A stretch of DNA of 64,000 nucleotides, from positions 13,204,050 to 13,268,049 of the forward strand of contig NC_134026.1 in NCBI RefSeq assembly GCF_964204645.1, read 5' to 3'. The stretch is from Tubulanus polymorphus (Eukaryota > Animalia > Nemertea). The position numbers and the translations under genes were made by a program. This document shows, in pieces, positions 1 through 11,544 of the stretch (position 1 is the stretch's first letter; each line of letters starts with the position of its first letter). The notes under the pieces are model-generated. The model did not search any database. It worked only from the letters and a program-made list of their open reading frames with translations, and had not been told where the DNA came from.

Positions 1-187
1 CCCTTAGCCTATGTAGCGAATCATCATATATTTTAGCATGCGCATGTGCAGTCGGGACAGGTGGTTAGCCTGTGTGTGACCGAAATAAACGAGTATCTTA
101 TGATCTGTAGACTGAACCCGTCGTGTTTTTAGTCTTTCTCTTCTTTTATCTCCGAACCTGGTCTTCTTTGTGACTCGCAACGCCACA
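1..187 (+). repeat. 5' LTR (partial)
   Basis: Matches 5771-5958 except for about 3-4 differences; ends ...CGCCACA. Confidence 0.95.
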
Positions 188-188
188 T

Positions 189-206
189 TGGTGCCGTGAC
201 CAGGAT
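189..206 (+). promoter_or_regulatory. Primer binding site, probably tRNA-His
   Basis: TGGTGCCGTGACCAGGAT 1 nt after the LTR; complementary to a tRNA-His 3' end (...GTCACGGCACCA). Confidence 0.8.
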
Positions 207-213
207 CAGCCGA

Positions 214-2022
214 ATGGAGGATACTCAACTGAACCGGTCGACAATCACACGAACTGCAATCAGGCAGAAAGTTGATGATCTCGTCGTGAAATCGTCAACA
301 ATCGTCGAAGATTTTCGAATGACCGAAGACGATGTAGATTTACTAAATATCTACATCAAGCAGATCACAGAAAAGTTAAGTCGACTAGAGAAGCTAGACT
401 CGACGATCGAGGACCTAACTCCTTTAACGCATCTTTCAGACACGATTCAAGAAGCAGAGGACTTCAGATCTAGCGTCATCGAAAAACGCGGCCGAATAAT
501 CCGATTTGTAGAAAAGGCGAAGCACACAACGCAACCTCATAATTCTTCGATGAACAATTCCGGTGCTTCTGCGACGCCATTTCGCCCGAACAAGGTAAAT
601 CTACCTAAACTTACGCTCGCCAAATTCGACGGCGATTTACTCAAATGGCAGGAATTCATAGACGGATTCTATTCAGCGGTCAACGACGACCCGAATCTCG
701 ACGACGTCGTTAAGTTCCAATACTTACGCGCACAACTTAACGGCGAAGCTTACAGAACGATCGAGGGTCTGGCCCTCACCGCGTCGAATTATGTGAACGC
801 ACTTCAAGTACTGATAAAAAGGTATGGGCAACCGCAAATCCTTATCAGTGCATATATGCGAGCGTTATGGGAACTTTCGCGACCGACAGAAGACATGCAG
901 AGTCTGATGGAATTTTCGGACAAACTGGAAACATATATCCGAGGACTAAGTGCGCTCGGAAAAAACGAAGATAGCTACGGAGATTTGTTGACTCCGATTA
1001 TCTTAGATAAACTGCCTGGGATGATACGACGACAGATAACGAGGGATAATAACGGCGCGAATTGGAATCTCCAGTCGTTGCGAGATGCCCTTTCGAGAGA
1101 GATAACAGCGTTCCAGGCAGGAGTTTCAGTGTACCCAGAAACTGCTCACCTGGGTACCACGTCAGCGTTCCACGTGGGCAATGCGATCAAGAGAAAACCA
1201 TTAAAATGTACATTTTGTAAAGGGACACATTTCGCGTCAGATTGTGTTCTTGTAACCGAACCAGAGAAACGCCTGGATATCGTTAAACGAGATAAACTTT
1301 GTTTTAATTGCATGGGCACTCATCGTTCTCGGGACTGTAAATCCAAGAACACATGTAAAAAGTGCAGAGGGAAACATCACACGTTACTATGTGGTTCCTC
1401 CCTTACAGAAACGCGCGAGATTTCTACGAAAGATCGACCACAAAACGGAAGCAGAAGCGATTCTCACGATATAAAAACTGTTCATCAAACGTATGCCGGC
1501 GCCCAACAACCACGACCAGATGGGCCCATACTTCTTAAAACAGCTGTGGCGGAGATTTTTTCGCCATCAACTTCCGCTAATAACCGCTCGAATGGTCGTA
1601 AGATAAACATTTTACTGGACGAAGGCAGCCATAGATCGTTTATCACGACGCGAATTTCTGTCAGCTTAAATCTCCCACATCTGGGCCAAGAGGAAATCAA
1701 TCTAGCGACATTCGGAGAACAACTGGCCGGTCGGCGATTACTTCAAAGAACGAACTTTAACATCGCGTCATCAGAGGGTTCACCGATACTAATTGAAGCC
1801 CTCGTGATACCGACCATCTCCACGCCAATCAGCAATCTTGTAAACAATAAAGTTTTGGATCTTCCGCATCTGCGAAACCTAACTCTAGCGGAACAGCCAT
1901 CATCAATAACCGGCGACTTTGATATCGATGTATTAATTGGCGCCGATTACTACTGGTCTATAGTCGGCGATAATACCGTGAAGGGCTACGGCCCGACTGC
2001 CGTTTCATCACGTAGCCTATAG
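214..2022 (+). CDS. gag: BEL/Pao Gag plus aspartic protease (N-terminal part of the interrupted polyprotein)
   Basis: DUF1759-like LPKLTLAKFDGD..W; three Cys-His knuckles (CTFCKGTH, CFNCMGTH, CKKCRGKHHTLLC); protease ILLDEGSHRSFI and DVLIGADYY. Confidence 0.9.
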   Translation: MEDTQLNRSTITRTAIRQKVDDLVVKSSTIVEDFRMTEDDVDLLNIYIKQITEKLSRLEKLDSTIEDLTPLTHLSDTIQEAEDFRSSVIEKRGRIIRFVEKAKHTTQPHNSSMNNSGASATPFRPNKVNLPKLTLAKFDGDLLKWQEFIDGFYSAVNDDPNLDDVVKFQYLRAQLNGEAYRTIEGLALTASNYVNALQVLIKRYGQPQILISAYMRALWELSRPTEDMQSLMEFSDKLETYIRGLSALGKNEDSYGDLLTPIILDKLPGMIRRQITRDNNGANWNLQSLRDALSREITAFQAGVSVYPETAHLGTTSAFHVGNAIKRKPLKCTFCKGTHFASDCVLVTEPEKRLDIVKRDKLCFNCMGTHRSRDCKSKNTCKKCRGKHHTLLCGSSLTETREISTKDRPQNGSRSDSHDIKTVHQTYAGAQQPRPDGPILLKTAVAEIFSPSTSANNRSNGRKINILLDEGSHRSFITTRISVSLNLPHLGQEEINLATFGEQLAGRRLLQRTNFNIASSEGSPILIEALVIPTISTPISNLVNNKVLDLPHLRNLTLAEQPSSITGDFDIDVLIGADYYWSIVGDNTVKGYGPTAVSSRSL

Positions 2023-2102
2023 GGTATCTCTTATCAGGGCCCATACCGAGCCACACCTTACTCACCGGAGTAAGGAATTCAACCGTTCTCAACGTATCTT
2101 GT

Positions 2103-5100
2103 GTGAGAAATATGGATCTCAATTCGCACCGCGGAGAGGAAGTCTCATTACAATCGTTTTGGGACTTAGAAACGATCGGCATCAAAGATGACGCTTCTTT
2201 GATAAAAAACCGTGGACTTGCTTATTCGGACTATATTAAAACCCATCTAACTGTTGACAGCGATGGACGCTATACTGCGAAACTACCTTGGAAAGAAAGC
2301 CACGCCCCCTTGCCGGACAACAGACACGTGGCCGAAGCACGGACTCGCAGTATGATACGCCGTTTATCCGCAGAAATGAGAACCGTATACGATGCAATAA
2401 TTGAAGAACAACTGTCGCGTGATTTCATAGAGGATGTAACACATGACATCTCTAGTATCGGACACTATTTACCCCACCGAGGAGTAAAAAAGGACTCTAC
2501 TACCACGCCTCTCAGAATCGTTTTCGACTGCAGTTGTAGAGTCGGAAGCGAACCGTCGTTGAATGATTGCTTGGAAACTGGACCCCCGCTCCTTAACGAT
2601 TTGGTATCTATATTGTTGCGATTTCGATTGTACTCTACGGGAATATCCACCGATATCGAAAAGGCATTTTTAAAAATAAGACTCCACGAACACGATCGGA
2701 AGTATACCAAATTCTTGTGGTTAACCGACCCAAATGATCCGGAAAGCGATTTCAAAGTACTTCAGTTTAAAAGTATCCTGTTCGGAGCGGTCTCGAGCCC
2801 GTTTGTCCTTAATGCCACTGTCAAATCCCACTTAGCCAATTACGATTGCGAAACCGCGGGGAAATTGGCCGAAAACATATACGTGGATAATATCGTCACT
2901 GGAGTAACATCTGAGGACAAAGCGATAAACTTTTATGCACAATCAAACGAAATAATGAATTCTGCAGGCTTGGCCCTCAGAGCGTGGGCAACTAATTGCC
3001 AGAGACTGTGTAATTTGGCGAGCTCGGATGGAGTAGCCGAGTCGAAACCCATCGCGAACGTCCTCGGGATCCGATGGGACACTCATAACGACACCCTTAG
3101 CATCAAGGTAGATGACGGAACGTCCGATCTGGTGACAAAACGTGAGGTAGTTAGCGCGGCGTCGAAGTTATATGATCCGCTTGGTTTTCTGGCCCCCGTA
3201 CAGGTCAGGGCTAAGATGTACATCCAGGAACTCTGGAAACTTAATCTAGGCTGGGACGACCCAGTACAGGACGAATCAATGCGAGAAAAATGGTTCTCGA
3301 TTCGGAATGATTTGTCAAGTGCGTCAGAAATTGTGTTATCAAGGAAATACTTAAGTCAACCGCAAACCCAGAATTATGAAATACATGTGTTTGCTGATAG
3401 TAGCAAAGCAGCATTTGGAGCTGTGGTTTATTTACGAAACCAGCATGATACATCGTTTGTTATGTCTAAGACACGTGTCGCACCAGTGAAGGAATTAACT
3501 ATTCCACGACTGGAATTACTTGCTGCTTTGACCGGTTCGAAGCTTATCGATTATGTAACTGAATCGCTCGGTTCCGAAATCGCTATAACCAAAAAAGTGC
3601 TTTGGAGCGATAGTCAGATTGTGCTTTGTTGGTTGAACTCCGATCGAAAGTTACCAGTATTCGTCAGCAACCGCGTGGAACAGATTAAATCTATCAAAAT
3701 TGACGAGTACCGTTACTGCCCGACGTCTGATAATCCGGCAGACATACTATCGCGTGGAATCGACTCCGAGAAACTACGGCATTCTAATTTGTGGTGGTTT
3801 GGCCCCGAATGGCTGAAACATGGTGACTGGCCCGTGGATAAATTATACGCTGACACTAGCACAGTTAATATCCTCCACATCAACGATCCTAAACCCGGGC
3901 AGGTTGAAGACACGGAGGACGAACGGATTGGTTTGGTAGAAATAATCGACATTGAACGATTCATCGAGTTGGGATCATTATTACGTGTCACCGCTTACGT
4001 TTTCTTGTTTGTCGCGAAACTTCAACGCCAGACAGATCGGTCCGCCGCGGATCTGACGCCGAATGATATAGCCCGAGCTAGAACGGCGTGGGTTAAAGCT
4101 GTGCAAAATGCTAATTATTCGAATGAAATTTTCGTGCTGCAGGGTAATCATGCAAAATCGCGAGCGCCCCTGACAAAGCAGCTACGGTTGTTTATTGGCG
4201 ATGATAGTTTGTTGAGAGTTGGAGGGAGACTCCATAACGCCCCGATTGATTATGGCGCGAAATTCCCAATATTACTTCCCCCGAAAGGGCGATTTACCGA
4301 GTTAACTGTGATTGATGCTCACGCGAGAGCACTTCATTTGGGTACAGAATCAACGATTAACCGTATTCGACAAACTTATTGGATTCAAAGTATCAGGAAA
4401 GTCGTTAAATCTCTGTTGCGAAAATGTTACAATTGCAAAATCATTAGTGGTCAGCCATACCCACTACCGGACCCTGCACCGTTGCAGAAGAGCAGGCTGA
4501 CAGATGCCCCTCCCTTTACCGTAACGGGAGTGGATTTCACCGGACATTTGTTCGTGAGAGATAACAACAGAGAAGCGAAAGCGTATATAGTCTTGTTTAC
4601 ATGTGCGAACACACGTGCCGTTCATCTCGAGGTTGTTTCTGATATGTCGTGTGCCACATTTCTTCTCGCCTTCCGACGTTTCGCCGCACGTCGATCCTTA
4701 CCTCAAAAGTTGATAAGTGATAACGGATCGGCATTCGTGGCCGCGGTGGGAGAAATAAAGAAGCTTCTCGATATTCATTCGGTTCGAAAATACATGCTCG
4801 AGAAAAATGTTGAATGGGTATTTATACCAAAGGCCGCCCCATGGCATGGTGGCTTTTGGGAACGTTTAGTTGGACTTACGAAACAAGTTCTGAAACGTGT
4901 TTTAGTCCGCGCATACATATCGATGTCTGAACTTATTACGCTCATCGCGGAAATCGAAATGGTGATCAACAACCGCCCGCTTACGTATTTGTCCGATGAC
5001 GTAACTGATCCAGAACCGCTGACACCATCGCACCTCCTTCACGGACGAGTTATGTCGAATCTACCGCACCTATCTGATACCGATGCTATCAGTGATCCGG

Positions 5101-5543
5101 AGTATGGTGTTTCGATAAACACACAAAACCTCCAGAAACGCGCACAAAGAGTGATGGAACTCTTCGAACATTTTCGGTCTCGTTGGACCAACGAATACGT
5201 TATTGCGCTACGTGAACGACATCTGTCCATGCGAAATAATGGCAGAACAAGCAAGATTCGATCAGGAGACGTTGTACTCGTACACGACGACCAAAAACGT
5301 AGAATTAACTGGAAGCTTGCGATCGTAACGAAACTGAACTACGGGAACGACGGCGCAGTTCGTTCAGCAGAAATTAGAATGGGCACTACAAATACTAGCC
5401 GACCTATAAATGAACTGTTCCCGCTTGAAATTAACACCGATATGAACTTTAAAGAGCCTGGCTCCGTTATAGCCTCCGATCCGCGACCCGTGCGAAACGC
5501 AGCGCGAAAGGCTCGTGCAAAAATCGTCGAATGTTTGAAATAG
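2103..5543 (+). CDS. pol: BEL/Pao Pol (RT, RNase H, integrase)
   Basis: RT: DIEKAFL, LFGAVSSPF, YVDN. RNase H: HVFADSS, WSDSQI, NPADILSRG. Integrase: HHCC zinc finger plus GVDFTG, ISDNGS, GGFWERLV. The frame is open back to 2020. Confidence 0.95.
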   Translation: MRNMDLNSHRGEEVSLQSFWDLETIGIKDDASLIKNRGLAYSDYIKTHLTVDSDGRYTAKLPWKESHAPLPDNRHVAEARTRSMIRRLSAEMRTVYDAIIEEQLSRDFIEDVTHDISSIGHYLPHRGVKKDSTTTPLRIVFDCSCRVGSEPSLNDCLETGPPLLNDLVSILLRFRLYSTGISTDIEKAFLKIRLHEHDRKYTKFLWLTDPNDPESDFKVLQFKSILFGAVSSPFVLNATVKSHLANYDCETAGKLAENIYVDNIVTGVTSEDKAINFYAQSNEIMNSAGLALRAWATNCQRLCNLASSDGVAESKPIANVLGIRWDTHNDTLSIKVDDGTSDLVTKREVVSAASKLYDPLGFLAPVQVRAKMYIQELWKLNLGWDDPVQDESMREKWFSIRNDLSSASEIVLSRKYLSQPQTQNYEIHVFADSSKAAFGAVVYLRNQHDTSFVMSKTRVAPVKELTIPRLELLAALTGSKLIDYVTESLGSEIAITKKVLWSDSQIVLCWLNSDRKLPVFVSNRVEQIKSIKIDEYRYCPTSDNPADILSRGIDSEKLRHSNLWWFGPEWLKHGDWPVDKLYADTSTVNILHINDPKPGQVEDTEDERIGLVEIIDIERFIELGSLLRVTAYVFLFVAKLQRQTDRSAADLTPNDIARARTAWVKAVQNANYSNEIFVLQGNHAKSRAPLTKQLRLFIGDDSLLRVGGRLHNAPIDYGAKFPILLPPKGRFTELTVIDAHARALHLGTESTINRIRQTYWIQSIRKVVKSLLRKCYNCKIISGQPYPLPDPAPLQKSRLTDAPPFTVTGVDFTGHLFVRDNNREAKAYIVLFTCANTRAVHLEVVSDMSCATFLLAFRRFAARRSLPQKLISDNGSAFVAAVGEIKKLLDIHSVRKYMLEKNVEWVFIPKAAPWHGGFWERLVGLTKQVLKRVLVRAYISMSELITLIAEIEMVINNRPLTYLSDDVTDPEPLTPSHLLHGRVMSNLPHLSDTDAISDPEYGVSINTQNLQKRAQRVMELFEHFRSRWTNEYVIALRERHLSMRNNGRTSKIRSGDVVLVHDDQKRRINWKLAIVTKLNYGNDGAVRSAEIRMGTTNTSRPINELFPLEINTDMNFKEPGSVIASDPRPVRNAARKARAKIVECLK

Positions 5544-5715
5544 TTGCATAATAGTTACTATCAATGCCTGAATTTACTATTTAATCGTATTTTGAATTAA
5601 CGTTTAGTTGTTTATTGATTTCCATAAGCTTTATTTACCTAATCCATTGTAATAATTAGTCATATATCTCTCCGTTCTTACTCTTTATTTGTTTTCCTTT
5701 GTCGCCCCGGAGAAA

Positions 5716-5958
5716 TGTCGAGAACAGGATGTTTATGTAAATATGTCAGTAACCATATAGTGTTCACTCCCCCTTAGCCTATGTAGCGAATCATCATATA
5801 TTTTAGCATGCGCATGCGCTGTCGGGACAGGTGGTTAGCCTGTGTGTGACCGAAATAAACGAGTATCTTATGATCTGTAGACTGAACCCGTCGTGTTTTT
5901 TTGTCTTTCTCTTCTTTTATCTCCGAACCTGGTCTTCTTTGTGACTCGCAACGCCACA
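5716..5958 (+). repeat. 3' LTR, 243 bp, TG...CA
   Basis: Starts TGTCG after purine tract GGAGAAA and ends CGCCACA like the 5' copy. Confidence 0.92.
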
Positions 5959-8239
5959 AATCATTATATTTTCAGATCCTCACTTGCCGCAGAAGAATCA
6001 GACAAGCATTTGAAGAGATTTATCAAGTTCAGAAAAAATGAATGTATTAAAATGAATGTGTAAACCCTTGTTATTCTTTCAGAGATCCTTTAAAGATATC
6101 TCGAAAAAATATCTATATCATGATATCTCAGATTGTGGCTCGCAAGGAGGCGGCCATCTTGTTTTATGTCGATATTTCATCGGAAGTGACCAATTTCAAC
6201 AAAGTATGTCATGTTTGGTATCTAATGAAAGGTCTTTTTCCAGGAAGTTTCTTCTGTTGAATAAGAATGATGACAAACTAGCTCAATTGAATGTATTAGG
6301 CAAAGTATTAGTCTGTAAATATTGATCCCAGAAGATGAGATGCACAATCATGAACGTTAGGACATCCGTATTCACATCTATCATTTCACAACATAGGGCC
6401 TAGCCGATCAGTGAAAATAAACCTAACATAAAATGTTTCACTCATCAGTATGGCCACCCATGAAACATTAGTACCTCATAGTCATCATAGTCAAAGCTGT
6501 AGGCCTATTGGTTTGCCTATTGATGGAGGTTTCGGGAGCCAAAAGTCTTTTTTACTAAAACGCGATATCTCAAGGCCTTAGTTATATAGTTTTTTTTCTG
6601 ATTTTGAGTATATTCAACAACATCAAGAGGATAGACCTACGTAGGCCTATGAGAGGTTAGATTTAGGTGACCAACATCATTTGGCTCGAAAAACCATTGA
6701 TTGGGTGTTTTAGGCCTACTGCACTAGGCGGCAGTTACATTGCAGTGGTAGGCCTAGGGCTAGGAGGCCTTGAGTCAAAAAAGGTCAAATATTCATTTCA
6801 GGAGGTATCCTAGCATTTCCTTTGAAGATGAATATTTCAACTTATTAGGCAAAGGAGATTGGGAAAAGAAAATTTTTGGTTGGGAAAAAATTTGAGCAAG
6901 ACAAGGTCTGGATTCTGGTGGAAAATACTAAAGAATTTGCCATTCGATAGCCATTATTTTACTTATACTTGGCCGATTTCTTAATAAAGAATGAATTTAT
7001 TGAGTAACATTGTCGTTTTAGTTGCTAAATTGCCATTTAGAGTAGCAAAAACGAACCAGGAAGTGTTTTAATTGATCAGCTGGCAGCCGGCGTGTAGCCG
7101 GAAGTGACCCGGATGTAAACAATTTTAAGCACCTCGCCAACTTTAGGTCAAAATCCGCGAAAGACTACTAAATCAATCATAAAAGTAATTACAGAAAATG
7201 ATTAATAAAGTATTCAATTTTGAAACGTATGGGTGTACTTTTTGTCAATCATTATAATTTTCGCATATTGAAGCTTTGAAATACGTTCATCGCTTGAAAA
7301 TAGCAAATACACGGCCGGGCAAAAAAGTACGCACCACTACGTTATAGCCGAGAAATGTTTTTAAAATGTTCCGAGGTCAAATAATCAGCCAATCAACAGC
7401 GGGCTTGCGGATTTGACCTAAAAAAGTGCATGCGGTTTTCACGTGATTGAAAAATGCATGTTCAAACATGGCCGCCATTTTGTTTCCTAGAAATCCGGCG
7501 ATGCGCGCTGAACTACGATTTATTTCTCTGTAACTACGCAAGATACACTCATGAAATTTACACCACAACAAATAACCGGTAAATTGAGCATACTGAGCAA
7601 GTTTGGTTTCAATCGGATGTAAAATGCATTTTTTGTGAGTGAATAAAAATTTGAAGCGAGGAAAACGCTAATTATGACACATTTTGATCACGTGACCTGA
7701 AATCCCTACTACAAGGATTTATATAAAACTTCCAAGACGAAACGACAATTTTTATTTTTGATGGTTTTCCAACCTATATTTCAAATCTTCGTGTTTTCCT
7801 TAATAAATAATTAAATAATAACTTCTGGTAAAAGAAAAATGTGAATAAGTGTTGATTTCTTAATATTTTTTAATTTCGTCGTTTCGCTTCGTTAGTTTGT
7901 GCTGTTGTCCTGGCCTCAGTCCACAGGTGCCAGCACCTCCAGTAATTTTCAAAATGGTAGCTGTTGACTCAACGGAAATTTACTCTCACTTTACGGCCGA
8001 TTTGCACATGGATTAAGATCGTCAGGTGAGGTGTTATAGGTATCAGACAAACTACGAATCTGTTGTGCGTCGATTACAACAAAAATTAGACGGATATCTT
8101 AAGAGACAATGAAATGCCAGGCAAATTACTCGTCAGTCAAATTGGCTGACGAAGATTTCATACAAAAATGACCTTCCCATTCCTGACTGTGGTTTGTGAA
8201 AATATCCGGTCGTGAAACTAAACCACAGACAGGTTACTG

Positions 8240-8795
8240 ACTAATGTCTATTTATAAATGAATGAGACCTGTTTTTCTGGGATATTTTGCTTACTTTTTG
8301 GGATACGTACCTCATTTATGTCTTAACAGAATGCCAAAAGTCGCGGACAACAACTGAATATCCGACATATTTCCAGTTCTGTACCAATTAGATGGATTGG
8401 CAAAAAGACTCCTTAAGTCCAGTTGAATGAGAGAGAAAATCCTCCATTCTGTGAAATTTCTTGAATTTTTACATTGTCACCATGCCTACAACATGAAGTT
8501 ATTTTTCTTGTGGGGTCTCAACAACTAAATCAGGGTGGCGTAGGCATGGTAACAATGTTCAAATCCAAGAAATTTCACAAAATGGAGGATTTTCTCTCTC
8601 ATTCAACTGGACTTAAGGAGTCTTTTTGCCAATCCATCTAATCGGTACAGAACTGGAATAATATCGGATATTCAGTTGTTGTCCGCGATTTTTGGCATTC
8701 TGTTAGGCCTAAGACATAAATGAGGTATGTACCCCAAAAAGTAAGCAAAATATCCCAGAAAAACAGGTCTCATCCATTAATAAATAGACATTAGT
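8240..8795. mobile_element. Fold-back / MITE-like palindromic element
   Basis: About 250-bp inverted arms (8240-~8490 vs ~8540-8795) around a ~50-bp spacer; non-coding. Confidence 0.8.
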
Positions 8796-9200
8796 ACTAG
8801 ACTAACTACGGACTAATTTTTATTAGGTAGGTAGTTGAAATACAGATTGGTAGGCCTATAATAGAAAATTACCGCATGTATCCTTAAGTTCACAGAACAC
8901 TTGAAAGCTCGACGCGGCATAGTGTAGCGCAATACGACACGATTGTCTATGCCTAGCAACGAACATACACTGCATGTTCATTCCAAATTCAAATTGACAA
9001 GACCTTATTGATTCAAAATGTACCTAGACTGGTTGCCGCTCACTATCTTTAGTTTAGACTGGTTGCCTGTCCCATTCAATACAGAGGCGCATTTGTTTGA
9101 AAGCGGTTTGCACAAACTGGTTTATTTCGGTTTATTACGTCACAAACCGGTTTGCCGTAGTGTGAACAAATGCGACGGTTTACTGTGTGGGGTATTCAAA

Positions 9201-10493
9201 ATGGCCGATGATAGCGAGAAGAAAATCATCTGCGTTTGTCGATAGCTGAATTGTCTTCCTCTGTTCGTTCTGTGAACAATAGCAGTATTCGTTCAAACCG
9301 TTATCAAAATACGCTTCTAAAACGTTCGTCATCGACCCCAGCTTGTGTTCTGATAAATGTTTTTGAGAGTGTTAAACACAAAAAGAGGAGAACTGTAAAT
9401 CGGATTACAAATTACTGTGACGTTACAGTAAGTAGATATCTGCCAGAGGACTTTAGGCTACGTTTTAGAATGACTCGTGAAACATTTGATAGGGTTTTGG
9501 AGTATGTTGGACCGTACATCATCGAAAGTGGTACACGAAATATACCCGTGGAAAAACAACTACTTGTTTACTTATATTATGCAGGAACACAGGCAACACT
9601 CATGCATATTGCTGACATGTTTGGCGTGTGTGAAGCATCCGTGCATAAAATTATCGGTGAGTCGTTTGAAACTAGTTTCGATGGAAAATTTCTAATTGTA
9701 ATGTAATAATCATTTGTTGTATTTTTTTTCAGGTAAGGTATCTGCCTGTGTGGTTAGACATGTCATGCCAAAGGTTATAAAGTGGCCATCATTGGAACAT
9801 GCGAAAGAAATATTTGCGTGTTTCGAAGGAATTCAAGGATTCCCGAAAGTTTTAGGCTCTGTGGACGGCACGCACATACCAATAAAGGCACCAGTCAAGA
9901 GTCCAGAAGCATACATCAATCGAAAAAAAATTTATTCCATAAACGTATGTGCTATCTGTGATAGTGACTATCAATTTATTGACGTTTATACTGGTTGGCC
10001 TGGATCAACCCATGATTCTCGTGTTTTTCGAAATTCTCCCTTATGGCATGCAATCGAAAGTACTGATAACCAAGAAAGTATATTTCCTCTTAACAGTCAT
10101 TTACTTGGAGATTCTGCGTATTCTCTGAGCAGTGTCCTTACCCCCTTCAAAGATACTGGCAATCTAACCAGAATACAGAAAAATTTCAATTTCAAACATA
10201 GCTCAACACGCATGAGGGTTGAACATACTTTTGGTATTTCAAAAGGCCGATTCCGACGTTTGAAATATAAAGATATGAGCGACATGGAACGGATGATGAA
10301 CTTCATTAGTAGTTGTTTTGTACTTCACAACATTTGCATGTTAACTGACGGAGAATTTGAGGATTATATGCAAGAGGGCTTGCATAACATGCAGGAGAAT
10401 AATGTACCAGTGTTATGTGAAATGGAAGGAGAATCTGTAAATGGGCGACAGAAAAGAGATATTATATCTGTACTACTTAATACTGGTTTGTAA
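9201..10493 (+). CDS. Harbinger (HARBI1-like) DDE transposase, spliced; probable frameshift near the start
   Basis: FRMTRETF and HTH region, GSVDGTHIPI, GWPGSTHDSRVF, LLGDSAY, RMRVEHTFG, CFVLHN. A GT-AG intron at 9657-9732 joins the two ORFs in frame (KIIG-KVS). Confidence 0.9.
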
Positions 10494-11544
10494 TGACATA
10501 CTAAAAATGAAGATTTTCCCAATGGAAATTAAAATTGTTTTGATTCAATTTGTAAATTTGTACTTAAATATTGATGCAGACATTTCCATAGAACCAGTCA
10601 CTCAACATGTGGTTTTGTTATTAGATTTGTCCCAGAAATTGGTTTAATAAATCTCTTAGAAATAAAATTTAATGGTTAGTTTTTATTCTATGATGCATTC
10701 TATTTTCAACCAGAGATTCCTATTTGATTTGACTTGAGGACAAGAGGAATGATAAATTGGTGAACAAGAGCGCGGCCTTGGTAGCTGACTTGAATAAGGC
10801 GTAATGCTGGTGTACTATAAGTGCCGAGTGACAAGTGGGTTCGAGTCCTGCTGGGGCTGCTTACAGTGTGCGGGTGACTCTTCAAAGGCTGTGGTCCCGT
10901 CGTGAGGTTAAATGAACAATCCAATAGGGTTAATCTTGGGAAAAAAAGGTCCGTACAATGTTAAGATAGACAAAATATTTCAATTTGATGTCTACATCCA
11001 ACACATGAAGCTCTCCTTACAGAAAAACACAAAATGTTGAAGGAAATAATAAAAACATCTGATATAAAACTTGAATAAAATCGTTTATTATAAACAAAAA
11101 CTTAAAAATTATAGATGTCTTATACCGCCATCTTGACAGTGATTAACAGAACAACAAAACTTGTTAATTTCCTGAGATCTTCATTATACAATATCATGTA
11201 TGCATTAGTAAAATCTACTAGATACTATATCACTTGAGCTTCTAGGTAAGATTTGACCAATTACTGAACACTCGTAGAAAAATGTAAAAGAAATCACTTC
11301 AAAACTAAATACACCAATCCTAGGCTAAAGAATTTGATACATTGTTTCTCCTCTTTGCTGAGCTAAAAAGTTGACCCAGCCAGCTGCCTATCTACCCTGT
11401 ACAATACTATTATTAAACCATGATCGGACCCGGCAGTTATAAAAATGAAAAATGATTACAAATTTTATTGCAATATAAAAAATGACCCGGCTGATTAGGA
11501 GAAACAAGGTATCATTTTCTTTAGCCTTAACTCGACGGTTTATC

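Larger units (their letters stand above)
1..5958 (+). mobile_element. BEL/Pao LTR retrotransposon (5' LTR cut by the window edge)
   Basis: Direct repeats 1-187 and 5771-5958, PBS, purine tract before the 3' LTR. Domain order gag with Cys-His knuckles, protease, RT, RNase H, integrase. Pao-type motifs YVDN, KLYDPLG and TIPRLELLAA. Confidence 0.96.

Noticed and set aside
2000-2110. Programmed gag-pol frameshift or readthrough
   Set aside because: The break lies after the protease, no slippery site is evident, and a 5-bp TA-flanked insertion fully explains it.
5959-8230. Possible non-autonomous DNA-transposon fragments
   Set aside because: The sequence looks repeat-derived, but termini and TSDs could not be defined by eye.
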